Shown piece by piece: positions 10,128 through 18,967 of a stretch of 64,000 bases of DNA. The notes beneath the pieces are model-generated. The model was not told the DNA's origin. It saw only the letters and a list, made by a program, of their open reading frames with translations, and did not search any database. Position numbers and translations under genes: made by a program. Within the stretch, counting starts at the first letter, position 1. Each line of letters begins with the position of its first letter. Source of the stretch: an uncultured Gammaproteobacteria bacterium (lineage in GTDB: Bacteria > Patescibacteriota > Microgenomatia > Levybacterales > UBA12049); contig CAZAZU010000001.1 in assembly GCA_964490105.1 (NCBI GenBank), positions 227,804 through 291,803 on the forward strand, written 5' to 3'.

Positions 10128-10216
10128 CAAGACGTTTTCCGAATCGTATATCGAGAAAATTTTGCCTGCCCGCAATGCGTGCGCAAGCGAGGTAGGCGGG
10201 AAAGGAGGTGAATAAA

Positions 10217-10834
10217 ATGACAAATTTAAAATTAAAATTAACAACGAGTTTAGTTACAGCAGCATTTGTAGCGGGAGTAGTTGCTCCAGCTGGTGCATTT
10301 GCAGCAACCAATGTAACTGTTTCTGGAAACGGACCTGACTCTACTAACAAAGTAAAAGTCAAAAACGTTAAGAAAACTAAACTCAAGCAATCAAATACTT
10401 CAAGCGTAGTTAATTCAATTGGAGTATCTCAGAATACTGGCGGTAATACAGCCAATGAGAATAACGGTGGGGCCGTTACTGTAACTAGCGGGAATGCTAC
10501 AGCAACAGTAAATGTTACAAATACTACCGGCAGTAACTATATGACTTGGGATAGTGTTTGCGGATGCATGGTTCCTGATACAACAGTTGATATCAAGGAT
10601 AACGGTGCAGATTCCTATAACAAAGTAAAAGTCGTAAATTATGACTCCACAAAAGTTAAGCAAAATAACACTGCTACTATTGTAAATTCAATTTCCGTTG
10701 GTCAAACAACCGGAGACAATGAAGCCAATAAAAACAATGGAGGCACTGTTGAAGTAACTAGTGGAGATGCTAGTGCTGAAATCACAGTTGAAAATACAAC
10801 TGGTGACAATGTTCTTGGACCTATGACCCCATAA
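10217..10834 (+). CDS. secreted Asn/Gly/Thr-rich repeat protein (internal 2x duplication), member of the local paralog family
   Basis: Same RBS (aaggaggtgaataaaATG). Signal peptide. Two ~95-aa copies of 'NGxDSxNKVKVxN...NTGxNxANxNNGGxVxVTSGxAxAxxxVxNTTGxN'. Vicinal 'CGC'. Confidence 0.55.
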   Translation: MTNLKLKLTTSLVTAAFVAGVVAPAGAFAATNVTVSGNGPDSTNKVKVKNVKKTKLKQSNTSSVVNSIGVSQNTGGNTANENNGGAVTVTSGNATATVNVTNTTGSNYMTWDSVCGCMVPDTTVDIKDNGADSYNKVKVVNYDSTKVKQNNTATIVNSISVGQTTGDNEANKNNGGTVEVTSGDASAEITVENTTGDNVLGPMTP

Positions 10835-10854
10835 GGCTTAGAGCTACTAATAAA

Positions 10855-10886
10855 ACCCTGCCTGAGTGCGCACGACGGCGGGGTTT
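10855..10886. terminator. bidirectional hairpin terminator between convergent genes
   Basis: aaaccctgcc...ggcggggttttt: GC stem flanked by an A-run on one side and a T-run on the other. It abuts the sortase stop codon (10887-10889). Confidence 0.35.
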
Positions 10887-11540
10887 TTAGTTTGTAGGAG
10901 TAGCAAAAACTAATAATCGTTTTAATGATGTTCCGATTGGCCAGCAGGTTTGGAGAATTAACTGGTTTTTATCTTGTTTTAAATACTCTACTTCATTCGG
11001 CCACACAACTTTCTTCCCAGTTACTTTATAAGTATAGATTTTATTATCTTTTTTGATTTGGATCTCGTCATTTTTTTCTAGCTCTCCAAGTTTTAGAAAA
11101 ATAGTGTTGTAGTTACTTATTTCTACCGGATTTCCTGAAGAGTGGGCGAAAATAAACATACTTCCCTTTTCTCCTGGTAGAGATGTATTTTTAGCATGTG
11201 CCACTCCCTTTTTTAAAACCTCCTGGTACTCAGTCTCATTAAAAGCATTTACGTTGAAAGTGACTGGCGCTTGAGCATGAATTTTAGGAACTGAAATGTA
11301 GTTATTTGGAAGCGCTTGAATGTCAACAATTTTTGGAGGGAAAAGATATACAGAGATCAACGGATAAAAAAGAATAAAAAATAATGATATTGATCCCAAT
11401 ATCAAAAAATTTCCAATATATTTGGAAATTTTACTGTTCTTTTGTTTTTTAGTCTTACGTTTAGCCACGGGCGCTATTATAACACTAGCGTGCAAATAAG
11501 TAATTAGGAGATCTTCCGGACCGTAGCCGCAGGTACCCAC
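10887..11540 (-). CDS. sortase (transpeptidase) family protein
   Basis: N-terminal signal anchor. His motif 'MFIFAHSSGN'. Cys motif 'LILQTCWP' (TLxTC-like). Downstream Arg 'LKRLLV'. The track start overlaps the upstream gene by 56 nt. An internal GTG at about 11466 (VAKRKTKK...) is a plausible true start. Confidence 0.7.
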   Translation of the reverse strand: MGTCGYGPEDLLITYLHASVIIAPVAKRKTKKQKNSKISKYIGNFLILGSISLFFILFYPLISVYLFPPKIVDIQALPNNYISVPKIHAQAPVTFNVNAFNETEYQEVLKKGVAHAKNTSLPGEKGSMFIFAHSSGNPVEISNYNTIFLKLGELEKNDEIQIKKDNKIYTYKVTGKKVVWPNEVEYLKQDKNQLILQTCWPIGTSLKRLLVFATPTN

Positions 11541-12591
11541 CCAAGAAAAATAAAGCTATATTTCCTATCATCATAAGGATCATGAAGTAATCACCGGTGA
11601 CTGGAAGGATTGATCCTAGAACTGATCCGCCGTTTGAACTTGTTCCGCCTGATCCGCCTCCGTTATTTGATGGCCCTGGGTTTGGATTGTTAGTTGGTGA
11701 TGGTGGTGTTCCATCAGGTGGCGTTGTAGGTTTTTCGCTGCAGCAATCTACATCTACTAATCCTACATTTATGTCAGTGTTTTCGATTGTGGTTGCAAGT
11801 ATTATGTCTCCAGTTGTAATTTCTACAGCTCCAGAATTTTTGTTAGCCTCATTTCCTCCAGTGTTAAGCTCCCATGAGGAATTATTTACGATATTAGCAG
11901 AATTATCGACATCGATATTTACACTGCTGTCGTTTACGAATGCTACGTTGTTATTTGAATCAGCTGCGTTGTCTGCAATTTTGATAGAAACATCTCCGCC
12001 AACACCATTTGAAGTTTTAACCTCATAAACATTAATTGAATTATTTTTAATAGTATCGACTACCTTTATACTCCCCGTATTGATAGTTACATTTCCATTG
12101 TTTTCATTTGCGCTGTTATAGCCAGTGTTTGCATAGCCGTTTACGTTATTTGAAATGTTTGCACTGTTATTAATTGAGACATTGTTATTAACGTTTGAAG
12201 AATAGTTAATGCCATTGCTTGATCCTGCGCCATTTCCCGTAATATTTAGCGCTAAATCGCCCTGGCAGCAATTATTTTCTGCATATGACTGGTTAATTCC
12301 CGCATTTATTATTGTCGTATCTACATTTACATCTCCTGTAGTTATATTTACTTCTCCCCCGTTGTTTTCTGAAGCGCTGTTGTCTCCTGTGTTTGCGCTT
12401 ACATCAACGTTATTATTTACCTCTGCGGTATTAGTTTGGGTAGTAGAATTATTATTTGATTGTGAAATATTTACCGTATTGCTCGAGCCTTCTCCGTTTC
12501 CGCTTACTGAAATTTCATCTGCGTTCGCTAAATACGGATTCACGAATAGCGATAAAGATAATAAACCTAATAATATTTTTTTAATTTTCAT
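11485..12591 (-). CDS. LPXTG-anchored cell-surface repeat protein (sortase substrate)
   Basis: Signal peptide. N/G/T/D-rich repeats (NTGDNSASENNGGEVNITTGDVNVDTTI...). Pro/Thr linker. C-terminal sorting signal LPVTG (coded at 11593-11607) followed by a hydrophobic helix and an RLRSGR tail. Confidence 0.65.
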   Translation of the reverse strand: MKIKKILLGLLSLSLFVNPYLANADEISVSGNGEGSSNTVNISQSNNNSTTQTNTAEVNNNVDVSANTGDNSASENNGGEVNITTGDVNVDTTIINAGINQSYAENNCCQGDLALNITGNGAGSSNGINYSSNVNNNVSINNSANISNNVNGYANTGYNSANENNGNVTINTGSIKVVDTIKNNSINVYEVKTSNGVGGDVSIKIADNAADSNNNVAFVNDSSVNIDVDNSANIVNNSSWELNTGGNEANKNSGAVEITTGDIILATTIENTDINVGLVDVDCCSEKPTTPPDGTPPSPTNNPNPGPSNNGGGSGGTSSNGGSVLGSILPVTGDYFMILMMIGNIALFFLGGYLRLRSGRSPNYLFAR

Positions 12592-12638
12592 AATACTTAA
12601 CTTTCGCGGACAGTTGGCAGATAAAGGCAGGGGTTTAA

Positions 12639-14768
12639 CTAGACAGTTTTTTTAAGAAACTTTTTGCGGGCAAGTATTCCGATTGCAAGTAAAGGTGTTG
12701 CTAATAAAATCCATGCCAGGTTAAGAGTCGCTTTTTTATTAGCGGAATCTTTGGTAAGTCCAGCTACTATTTCATTAGTATTTGCTCCAGCTACTTTTAC
12801 TTCTACATTAGATTCATCATTTGATCCTGCTCCAAATACTTTAGGTAAGAATCCTGCTGCAGCAATTACGCTTGGTCCTTTTGCAACTACACTCGTAGAA
12901 CTTGAGTTAGAGTTAGTGTTTGAATTTTGGTTATTTGAATTATTATTCTCTTGTCCACCCTGAGCTACAACCGGAGATGTATCTTTTTTGCTTCCAGGAG
13001 TCATGAAATCTCCATTCCAGCTTCCGAACACATTTACGAATGTAACAAGTAGTTTTCCTCCAGCGATGTTATTGTTTACAAAGTTAACGATGTTAGCGAT
13101 TGCCTGTGCGTCTCCTGTAATAATTTCTACATCGCCATTATTTTTATCAGCTTGATTACCGCCTGTATTAGCGAATAGATTTATATTGTTGGTGACATTA
13201 GCTGTGTTTGTTTGATTTAGGTTGTTATTAGTTGTGCTATTTACATCTCCATTGTTAGTTGAGCCTGCGCCATTATTTGCATTAGTTACATTTATAGTGC
13301 CATTTGGATCCATTGCGAATTCAAGTCCTTCAGATCCTGCTAAGACTGATCCTTCAGGTGCTCCAAAAAGTTTTCCTACCCAATTGCCTGCTTCATTAAC
13401 GATTACCAGCCACATGTTTCCTCCGATAAGATTCATGTTTGCAATGTTAAGTATGCTTGCGTCTAAATTAGTGTCACCAGTTGTGATGTTTACATCTCCC
13501 TGATTGTTTTTACTTGCAGAATTTTCTCCTGTTTCGGCTTCAAGTATTAAGTTATTTGCGATATTTGCATCATTTGACTGGAATACATTATTGTTTGTTG
13601 TGTTATTTACGCTGCCGTTATTGTCAGATCCAGCAGAGTTTCCCGTATTGGTTACGCTGGTGTCAGTTCCGCAAGTTGAGCACGCAAACTGATCAAATAC
13701 GTTTTCAGGCATTATAATATCCCCTACTAAATCTCCAAATATATTTACTACTCCAAATACTACATTTCCTGCAATATTGTTATTTAGGAATGTGACTAAG
13801 CTAGCTGCTACATTTGCATCCCCAGTTGTGATTGAAGAATCCCCACCTGTGTTTTTTGATGTTTCGTTGTTTCCTGAATCTGCTACAAAATCTATGTTAT
13901 TTACTACTGTCCCGTCATTATTCTGGTTGGTGTTGTTATTAGTGGTGGTATTTGAAGAAGCGTTGTTGTTTGAGTCAGCTCCGTTTCCAATGTTTGCAAG
14001 GGAAGTTGTTCCCGCTCCGCATCCTGCTATGCAATTAGCACCGAAGTCTAAGATAAAATCTCCAAAATGATCGTCGACTATATTAAATTCTGAAATTGCC
14101 ACTCCATCAACGTTGGTGTTTGCTGCAGTTATAACAGTGCCTGATACATTTGCGTCCCCGGTAGTAATTGTAGAATTTCCAATATTTTCAGATGCAGAAT
14201 TGTCTCCTGTGATTGAAGCCTGTGTCATGTTATTTATAATAACCGCACTGTTATTTTGATTAGTATCGTTGTTGGTGACAATTATTGCAGAGCCATTATT
14301 GTCAGACCCAGAGCCATTATCTGTATTTGCAATGCTTACTCCCCCGCTCGTTCCTGTACCAGCGCCGGTTCCGGCTGTGTTCATATTGGTGTTATTAATA
14401 ATTGCCCCAGTGTTGTTTGCATCCCCCGTATTAACATTTGTATCTCCAATATTCCCATTTGCATTTGTTCCGCCGTGTTCAACTTCATCATTTGTTTGAG
14501 TTATTAATGCTTCTGGAGTTGGACTTGGAGTGATGGTAGGTCCTCCGTCTGCTTCTGTAGCAGCAGTAGCTTCACGTGCAGCACGCGCTTCCCCGTCATC
14601 AGGTTTGTCAGGTTTGTCAGCTTTATCTCCATCGTCCCAAGTTTGTGCTTCTTGTGCGGGCTGCGCCTCTCCAGCAGATGTAGCTTCAGTTGCTAATGCA
14701 ACAGATGAAGCACTCTTTCCCAGAAGGAGTGTTAAGATTAAAATTATTGCTATTATTTTTCTAGTCAT
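12639..14768 (-). CDS. large (709 aa) surface repeat protein of the same paralog family with C-terminal TM anchor
   Basis: Signal peptide. Acidic DKADKPDKPDDGE linker. At least four copies of the 'TGxNSASxNxGxxxITTGDxNV...' repeat. Poly-N/S low-complexity stretch. C-terminal hydrophobic segment plus ARKKFLKK tail. Confidence 0.55.
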   Translation of the reverse strand: MTRKIIAIILILTLLLGKSASSVALATEATSAGEAQPAQEAQTWDDGDKADKPDKPDDGEARAAREATAATEADGGPTITPSPTPEALITQTNDEVEHGGTNANGNIGDTNVNTGDANNTGAIINNTNMNTAGTGAGTGTSGGVSIANTDNGSGSDNNGSAIIVTNNDTNQNNSAVIINNMTQASITGDNSASENIGNSTITTGDANVSGTVITAANTNVDGVAISEFNIVDDHFGDFILDFGANCIAGCGAGTTSLANIGNGADSNNNASSNTTTNNNTNQNNDGTVVNNIDFVADSGNNETSKNTGGDSSITTGDANVAASLVTFLNNNIAGNVVFGVVNIFGDLVGDIIMPENVFDQFACSTCGTDTSVTNTGNSAGSDNNGSVNNTTNNNVFQSNDANIANNLILEAETGENSASKNNQGDVNITTGDTNLDASILNIANMNLIGGNMWLVIVNEAGNWVGKLFGAPEGSVLAGSEGLEFAMDPNGTINVTNANNGAGSTNNGDVNSTTNNNLNQTNTANVTNNINLFANTGGNQADKNNGDVEIITGDAQAIANIVNFVNNNIAGGKLLVTFVNVFGSWNGDFMTPGSKKDTSPVVAQGGQENNNSNNQNSNTNSNSSSTSVVAKGPSVIAAAGFLPKVFGAGSNDESNVEVKVAGANTNEIVAGLTKDSANKKATLNLAWILLATPLLAIGILARKKFLKKTV

Positions 14769-14887
14769 ATTTATATTATTTAAATTCTAAAATTTGTTAT
14801 TTATGTCTAAATCTCAAGTTTTAAATTTTAATTTCTTTTGGTGTAGGGCCAAAGCGAAGTGCTTGCATTGACCCTACAGCCTTAAGA

Positions 14888-16132
14888 TTAAAGTCCCAAT
14901 GCGTCCAAAAGGTCGCCTAGATCAAAGCTAATATTAATATTAACTCCTCCTAAGTTCATTTCTGGCCATTCTGGTTCTTCAGAGCCAATACTATTCATAT
15001 TAGCGCTGTTTGCAACTCCGACATTAACATCTGCATCGCCGGTTTCGATTGAAGGATCTTCTCCCGCACCTGCGTTGTTTTTGTTAGCATCATTGTTACC
15101 TGTTTCTGCTTCAGAATTCTTTACGTTAGTATCGAAATCTGCGTTGTTATCTTGATCTGCATCCTGTTTGGAATCGAAATCTCCGTTAACATTGTTATCA
15201 GAGTTGTAAGCGTTTCCAGATACGTCTACAGTAAGTCCGCCTTCTCCAAATACGCATCCACAATTAAGGTCTGCCCAGTTGAAGTTAGCCATGTTATCTA
15301 CTGTTACGTCTACAGATGCGTCTCCAGTATCAATAGAAACTTCTCCGCCATTGTTTTCGTTAGCGTCGTTGTCTCCAGTGTCAGAGTCTCCGTCGACTTT
15401 GTTGTAAAAGTCAGCGTAATTGTCTTGATCAACTGTAACATCTGAATCAACCTCAACTTTTATGTCGTTGTCTGAATCAGCTGCGTTGTTTAAGATTTTT
15501 AGACTCATAGATGTTTCATTGCCATTTCCTCCTCCGACTCTTGCTGAATTAGCATTTGCCCAGTTAGAAACTGCAACTTTTACAGAAGCATCTCCTGTTT
15601 CAATAGAAACGTCTCCGCCATTGTTTTTGTCAGCGTAGTTGTTTCCTGTTTCTGCATCAAGATATTTAACATTATTTTCGAAATCAGCACGATTGTCCTG
15701 ATCTACGTCAATATTATTATCTACATCAAGGTTAACTGTGTTGTCTGAATCAGCAGCGTTGCCGCCGATTTTAACTTCTGTGTTTCCTTGTGTGCAGCAA
15801 TCTACACTAGCACTGTTGGTGTTTGCTCGATTGACAACAGTAGCATTTACGCTAGCGTCGCCAGTCTTTACAGAAACGTCTCCGCCATTGTTTTTGTTAG
15901 CGTCGTTGTCTCCAGTATTTGCATCTCCATCAATATTGTTAGTGAAATTTGCTGTATTGCTTTGTGTAACATTGGTATTCTGTGTGTTGTTCACAACAGC
16001 ATCATTGTTTGAATCAGCACCGTTTCCAGTGATAGTTATAGTTGTACCTGCGAATGCTGCTGGTGTAGCGGCATTAGCTAAAATAGCTACGGTTGCGATT
16101 GCTGTTCCAATTCTTCTTTTGTAATCTGTCAT
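14888..16132 (-). CDS. secreted repeat protein of the same paralog family (no anchor)
   Basis: The likely start is ATG 16130-16132 (MTDYKRRIG...), preceded by agggggtgaaatat. The track uses an upstream GTG at 16186. Four copies of '[NE]TG[DN]NxA[NDK][EK]NNGGxVS[IV]xTGDASVxV'. CC/CGC pairs. Confidence 0.55.
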   Translation of the reverse strand: MTDYKRRIGTAIATVAILANAATPAAFAGTTITITGNGADSNNDAVVNNTQNTNVTQSNTANFTNNIDGDANTGDNDANKNNGGDVSVKTGDASVNATVVNRANTNSASVDCCTQGNTEVKIGGNAADSDNTVNLDVDNNIDVDQDNRADFENNVKYLDAETGNNYADKNNGGDVSIETGDASVKVAVSNWANANSARVGGGNGNETSMSLKILNNAADSDNDIKVEVDSDVTVDQDNYADFYNKVDGDSDTGDNDANENNGGEVSIDTGDASVDVTVDNMANFNWADLNCGCVFGEGGLTVDVSGNAYNSDNNVNGDFDSKQDADQDNNADFDTNVKNSEAETGNNDANKNNAGAGEDPSIETGDADVNVGVANSANMNSIGSEEPEWPEMNLGGVNINISFDLGDLLDALGL

Positions 16133-16166
16133 TATATATTTCACCCCCTCTCTTTTATAGGATCTA

Positions 16167-16182
16167 TTCGCCAGCTGGCGAA
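16167..16182. promoter_or_regulatory. perfect 16-bp palindrome TTCGCCAGCTGGCGAA upstream of the repeat-protein gene
   Basis: Read directly from the sequence. Its centre lies about 43 nt upstream of the ATG 16132 start (minus strand). Confidence 0.3.
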
Positions 16183-16209
16183 GCACTTTCTTTCCGCTTT
16201 TGTAAACAA

Positions 16210-16259
16210 AAACGGAGGCCTCCTCACTTCCATTGCTGGAAATGAAAAAGCCTCCGTTT
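16210..16259 (-). terminator. hairpin terminator after the YezD-like gene
   Basis: 10-bp stem aaacggaggc/gcctccgttt with a 30-nt loop. On the minus strand it is followed by a U-rich tract. Confidence 0.35.
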
Positions 16260-16317
16260 GCGGTCAGCTATCTCTATCTAGTGTTAAATGTAACTTACAA
16301 CACTAAATGCTTGCTTG

Positions 16318-16533
16318 TCAATACTTAAAATTTAAGTTTATCCCTGTTCCTGAGCCTTTTCGTATTACGGCGCCGGTAATTTGTCTTTTCGGGTTTGTCG
16401 GGACGTTGGTTTTTTTTATGATTCTTGTAGATATTTGAGTGACTACTCCGCCCTGCACAATTACCTCAACGCTACCGAAGTGTATATTATCTATTGCTTG
16501 TTTGATTTCATCGATTATCGATTGATCAGCCAT
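16318..16533 (-). CDS. small YezD-like (DUF2292-type) protein
   Basis: 'IDEIKQAIDNIHFGSVEVIVQGGVVTQISTRIIKK' resembles the YezD 'GSVxIxxxDGxVxQI' core. Confidence 0.35.
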   Translation of the reverse strand: MADQSIIDEIKQAIDNIHFGSVEVIVQGGVVTQISTRIIKKTNVPTNPKRQITGAVIRKGSGTGINLNFKY

Positions 16534-16536
16534 AAG

Positions 16537-17199
16537 TTATCTAGTGAGCGTTAATTTGATGGTTTCTTTTTTACCTGTTAATTCTCCTATTAACAAAGTT
16601 AAGTCGCGGTCAGTATCGTTAATTGGAAGTCCAATTCTTGTATACTTTGTAGAATTTGCCTGAATCTGGATAGGATCGTTATGGATTTCAGGAGCAAGCT
16701 GTTCTTCTTTTCCGTTTACTCTAACTCTTACATAGTCTTTTGCGTTAATTTCTATAGTTTTTGTGTATGGATTTGTGATTTTTAAATCAAAGATTAAAAA
16801 CGTTCTTCCTTTTACTGCTTTTGCTAGTTTTCCCTGAAAAATAAATGAGTCCTGAAGATTTGCTGTTTCTACAAGATATGAGATTTGAGCAACTGTTTTT
16901 CCTTTATCATCCTTTAGCGGGAATTTAAATTCATTATTTAGTTGTTGTGTTGCTATTGGAGTTGGTGCGCTTGCTCTTTCATCTGAAAGTCCAAAGCTCG
17001 CTCCAGGAGCGATAAATCTTCCTGCAACGAAGGAGAGCACTAGAAGGACCGCAACTACTGCAACCGTAACGTGATTTCTCTTAAGACTTCTTGAAAGATT
17101 AATGTTTTTTAGTGCTTGAGTATTAGAAAGAATGGATGAAGTTCTGCTTTTTGCTAACGTAAACTTTGTGTATAAATTATTTAAATTTTGATTACTCAT
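16537..17199 (-). CDS. membrane-anchored hypothetical protein (single N-terminal TM, extracytoplasmic beta-rich domain)
   Basis: TM helix VAVVAVLLVLSFVAGRFI. No recognisable catalytic motif. Likely co-transcribed with the YezD-like gene. Confidence 0.4.
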   Translation of the reverse strand: MSNQNLNNLYTKFTLAKSRTSSILSNTQALKNINLSRSLKRNHVTVAVVAVLLVLSFVAGRFIAPGASFGLSDERASAPTPIATQQLNNEFKFPLKDDKGKTVAQISYLVETANLQDSFIFQGKLAKAVKGRTFLIFDLKITNPYTKTIEINAKDYVRVRVNGKEEQLAPEIHNDPIQIQANSTKYTRIGLPINDTDRDLTLLIGELTGKKETIKLTLTR

Positions 17200-17332
17200 C
17201 TTAAATAAAAATGCCCCTTTCTCGGGGCAAGATTTAGTCTTCGGATATTAACAAAATTTTTTTGTTCTTGTCAAGAGGAATATTTTTGTCACTCATTTTA
17301 AGCACGAAATGCTATAATACCAACCAAATCTA

Positions 17333-18814
17333 ATGAAAGTAAAAACAAATTTTTTAAGCAATCTGTTATCTTTCGTATTACTTATCGCTGTATCTATCGG
17401 TTCTCTATTTTATCCAACTGACCCTGATTTAGGATGGCATTTGAAGTATGGTGAAAGCTTTTTCGAGAATAATCAAGTTCTAAGAGAAAATACTTTTTCC
17501 CGGCTAATGCCGGACTATAAATGGAACAATAGTTCATGGGGAACGGATTTAATAACCTATCAAGCATATAGTAATTTTGGGTTCTTAGGGGTTTCAGCTT
17601 TAGGCGCACTGGTAATTACATTAACATTTATATTTATTGGAAAAGCTGCGAAATTAGATTTGTTTGAAAAATCAGTTTTATTTCCTGTACTTCTGTACTT
17701 AACTCTTCCCGTAAATCAAGTCTCATTCAGAGGTCAACTTTTAAGCTTGCTTTTAATTGCTGTAATGTACTGGGGTCTATCTATATATAAGGAATTAGGA
17801 GACAAAAAATTAATTTTACTTTTAATTCCCTTTTTTACACTATGGTCAAATCTTCACGGAGAATTTGTATTAGGACTTGCTTTATTCGGCCTTTGGGTAA
17901 TTATATATTTAATAAAAGAATATTATTTGGATTATAGAAAAAAGCTCAGAGATTTAATAAGTAAAGAAAGATTTTTAATTATTGCACTTTTACTTTCGTC
18001 TTTTTCAGTAATTATTAATCCATTCGGAATCGGAGTTTACATAGAAACTTTTGGACATCTTGGAGATCCGATGCAAAAAAGCATAGTCGAATGGCTATCG
18101 CCCAATGATTATTCATTTGTTTGGTGGCACCAGCTACTTGCCGGGATGGTGCTAACTTTAGGACTTGCACTTCAGGGAACTGGCAGGAAAACCTTGGATC
18201 TAGCTCCGTTTTATCTTCCTTCTTTTATATTATTCATATTTACTTTTTGGATAAGCAGATATGCATGGCCTTTTTATTATTCTTCAGTCTTTTTATTAAA
18301 ACCCGTTATTTCATTTTTAAAACCGGAAAGCAAGAAATATCAATTAATAGTTTCATCTGTTTTTATTGTTTGCTTTCTCTCTATTTCCATTTGGAGCAAG
18401 TATCCTTTTACAGAATTTAAAAATATGAGTTGGGATGAATATTGCAGAAGATCCATCAGTTGTTCTCCTGGTGCAGCAAATGCAGTAATTGAAAATAAAC
18501 TTAATAATAATGATTTACTTACGATTTATGATTATGGCGGTTGGCTAATCTGGAATTATCCGCAAGTTAAGCCTACGATTGACGGGAGAATGCATCTATG
18601 GAGAAATGAGGGTGGATACTCAGCATTTGAATACTACTATCCAATTGAGCAAAACATGAAAGACATCGATAATAGCCGTTACAATGCAGTTCTTACATCA
18701 AATAGGAAACCTATATATAATAGACTTGTAGAACTACGAAATCAGGGTAAATGGGAAGCAGTACATGTAGACAAATATAGCGCATTATTTATAAGAACAC
18801 CCTCAAAAAATTAA
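17333..18814 (+). CDS. polytopic integral membrane protein (possible GT-C-type glycosyltransferase; family not recognised)
   Basis: About 10-12 predicted TM helices followed by a soluble C-terminal domain. Confidence 0.4.
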   Translation: MKVKTNFLSNLLSFVLLIAVSIGSLFYPTDPDLGWHLKYGESFFENNQVLRENTFSRLMPDYKWNNSSWGTDLITYQAYSNFGFLGVSALGALVITLTFIFIGKAAKLDLFEKSVLFPVLLYLTLPVNQVSFRGQLLSLLLIAVMYWGLSIYKELGDKKLILLLIPFFTLWSNLHGEFVLGLALFGLWVIIYLIKEYYLDYRKKLRDLISKERFLIIALLLSSFSVIINPFGIGVYIETFGHLGDPMQKSIVEWLSPNDYSFVWWHQLLAGMVLTLGLALQGTGRKTLDLAPFYLPSFILFIFTFWISRYAWPFYYSSVFLLKPVISFLKPESKKYQLIVSSVFIVCFLSISIWSKYPFTEFKNMSWDEYCRRSISCSPGAANAVIENKLNNNDLLTIYDYGGWLIWNYPQVKPTIDGRMHLWRNEGGYSAFEYYYPIEQNMKDIDNSRYNAVLTSNRKPIYNRLVELRNQGKWEAVHVDKYSALFIRTPSKN

Positions 18815-18891
18815 TTGCTTGACACTTTTTTAAAAGATCTATATAGTACTCTAACTATGACTTATAATTTTAACATAATAGTAAGAGACTA

Positions 18892-18915
18892 ACCGCCATT
18901 TTGGGCGGTTTTTTA
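18892..18915 (+). terminator. rho-independent terminator
   Basis: ccgcc-attttg-ggcgg hairpin followed by tttttt. Confidence 0.5.
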
Positions 18916-18967
18916 TCGAAAAAACACAATTTAATTTGAATTTTAATTGTGAAAGGAGGTGAAAAAA

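Noticed and set aside
11597-16124. Many antisense ORFs of 60-150 aa inside the repeat-protein genes (11597-12028, 12209-12655, 12664-12963, 13222-13503, 13777-14070, 14256-14507, 14530-14790, 15152-15445, 15738-16124)
   Set aside because: They are artefacts of low-complexity, stop-poor repeat DNA. The sense-strand proteins carry the signal peptides, repeats and sorting signals.
11485-16186. Interpreting the CCQ/CCTQ/CGC motifs of the repeat proteins as a thioester-domain (TED) adhesin signature
   Set aside because: TED Cys and Gln are normally far apart within a defined ~200-aa domain, which these short repeats lack. The vicinal cysteines are noted as a feature, but no thioester chemistry is claimed.
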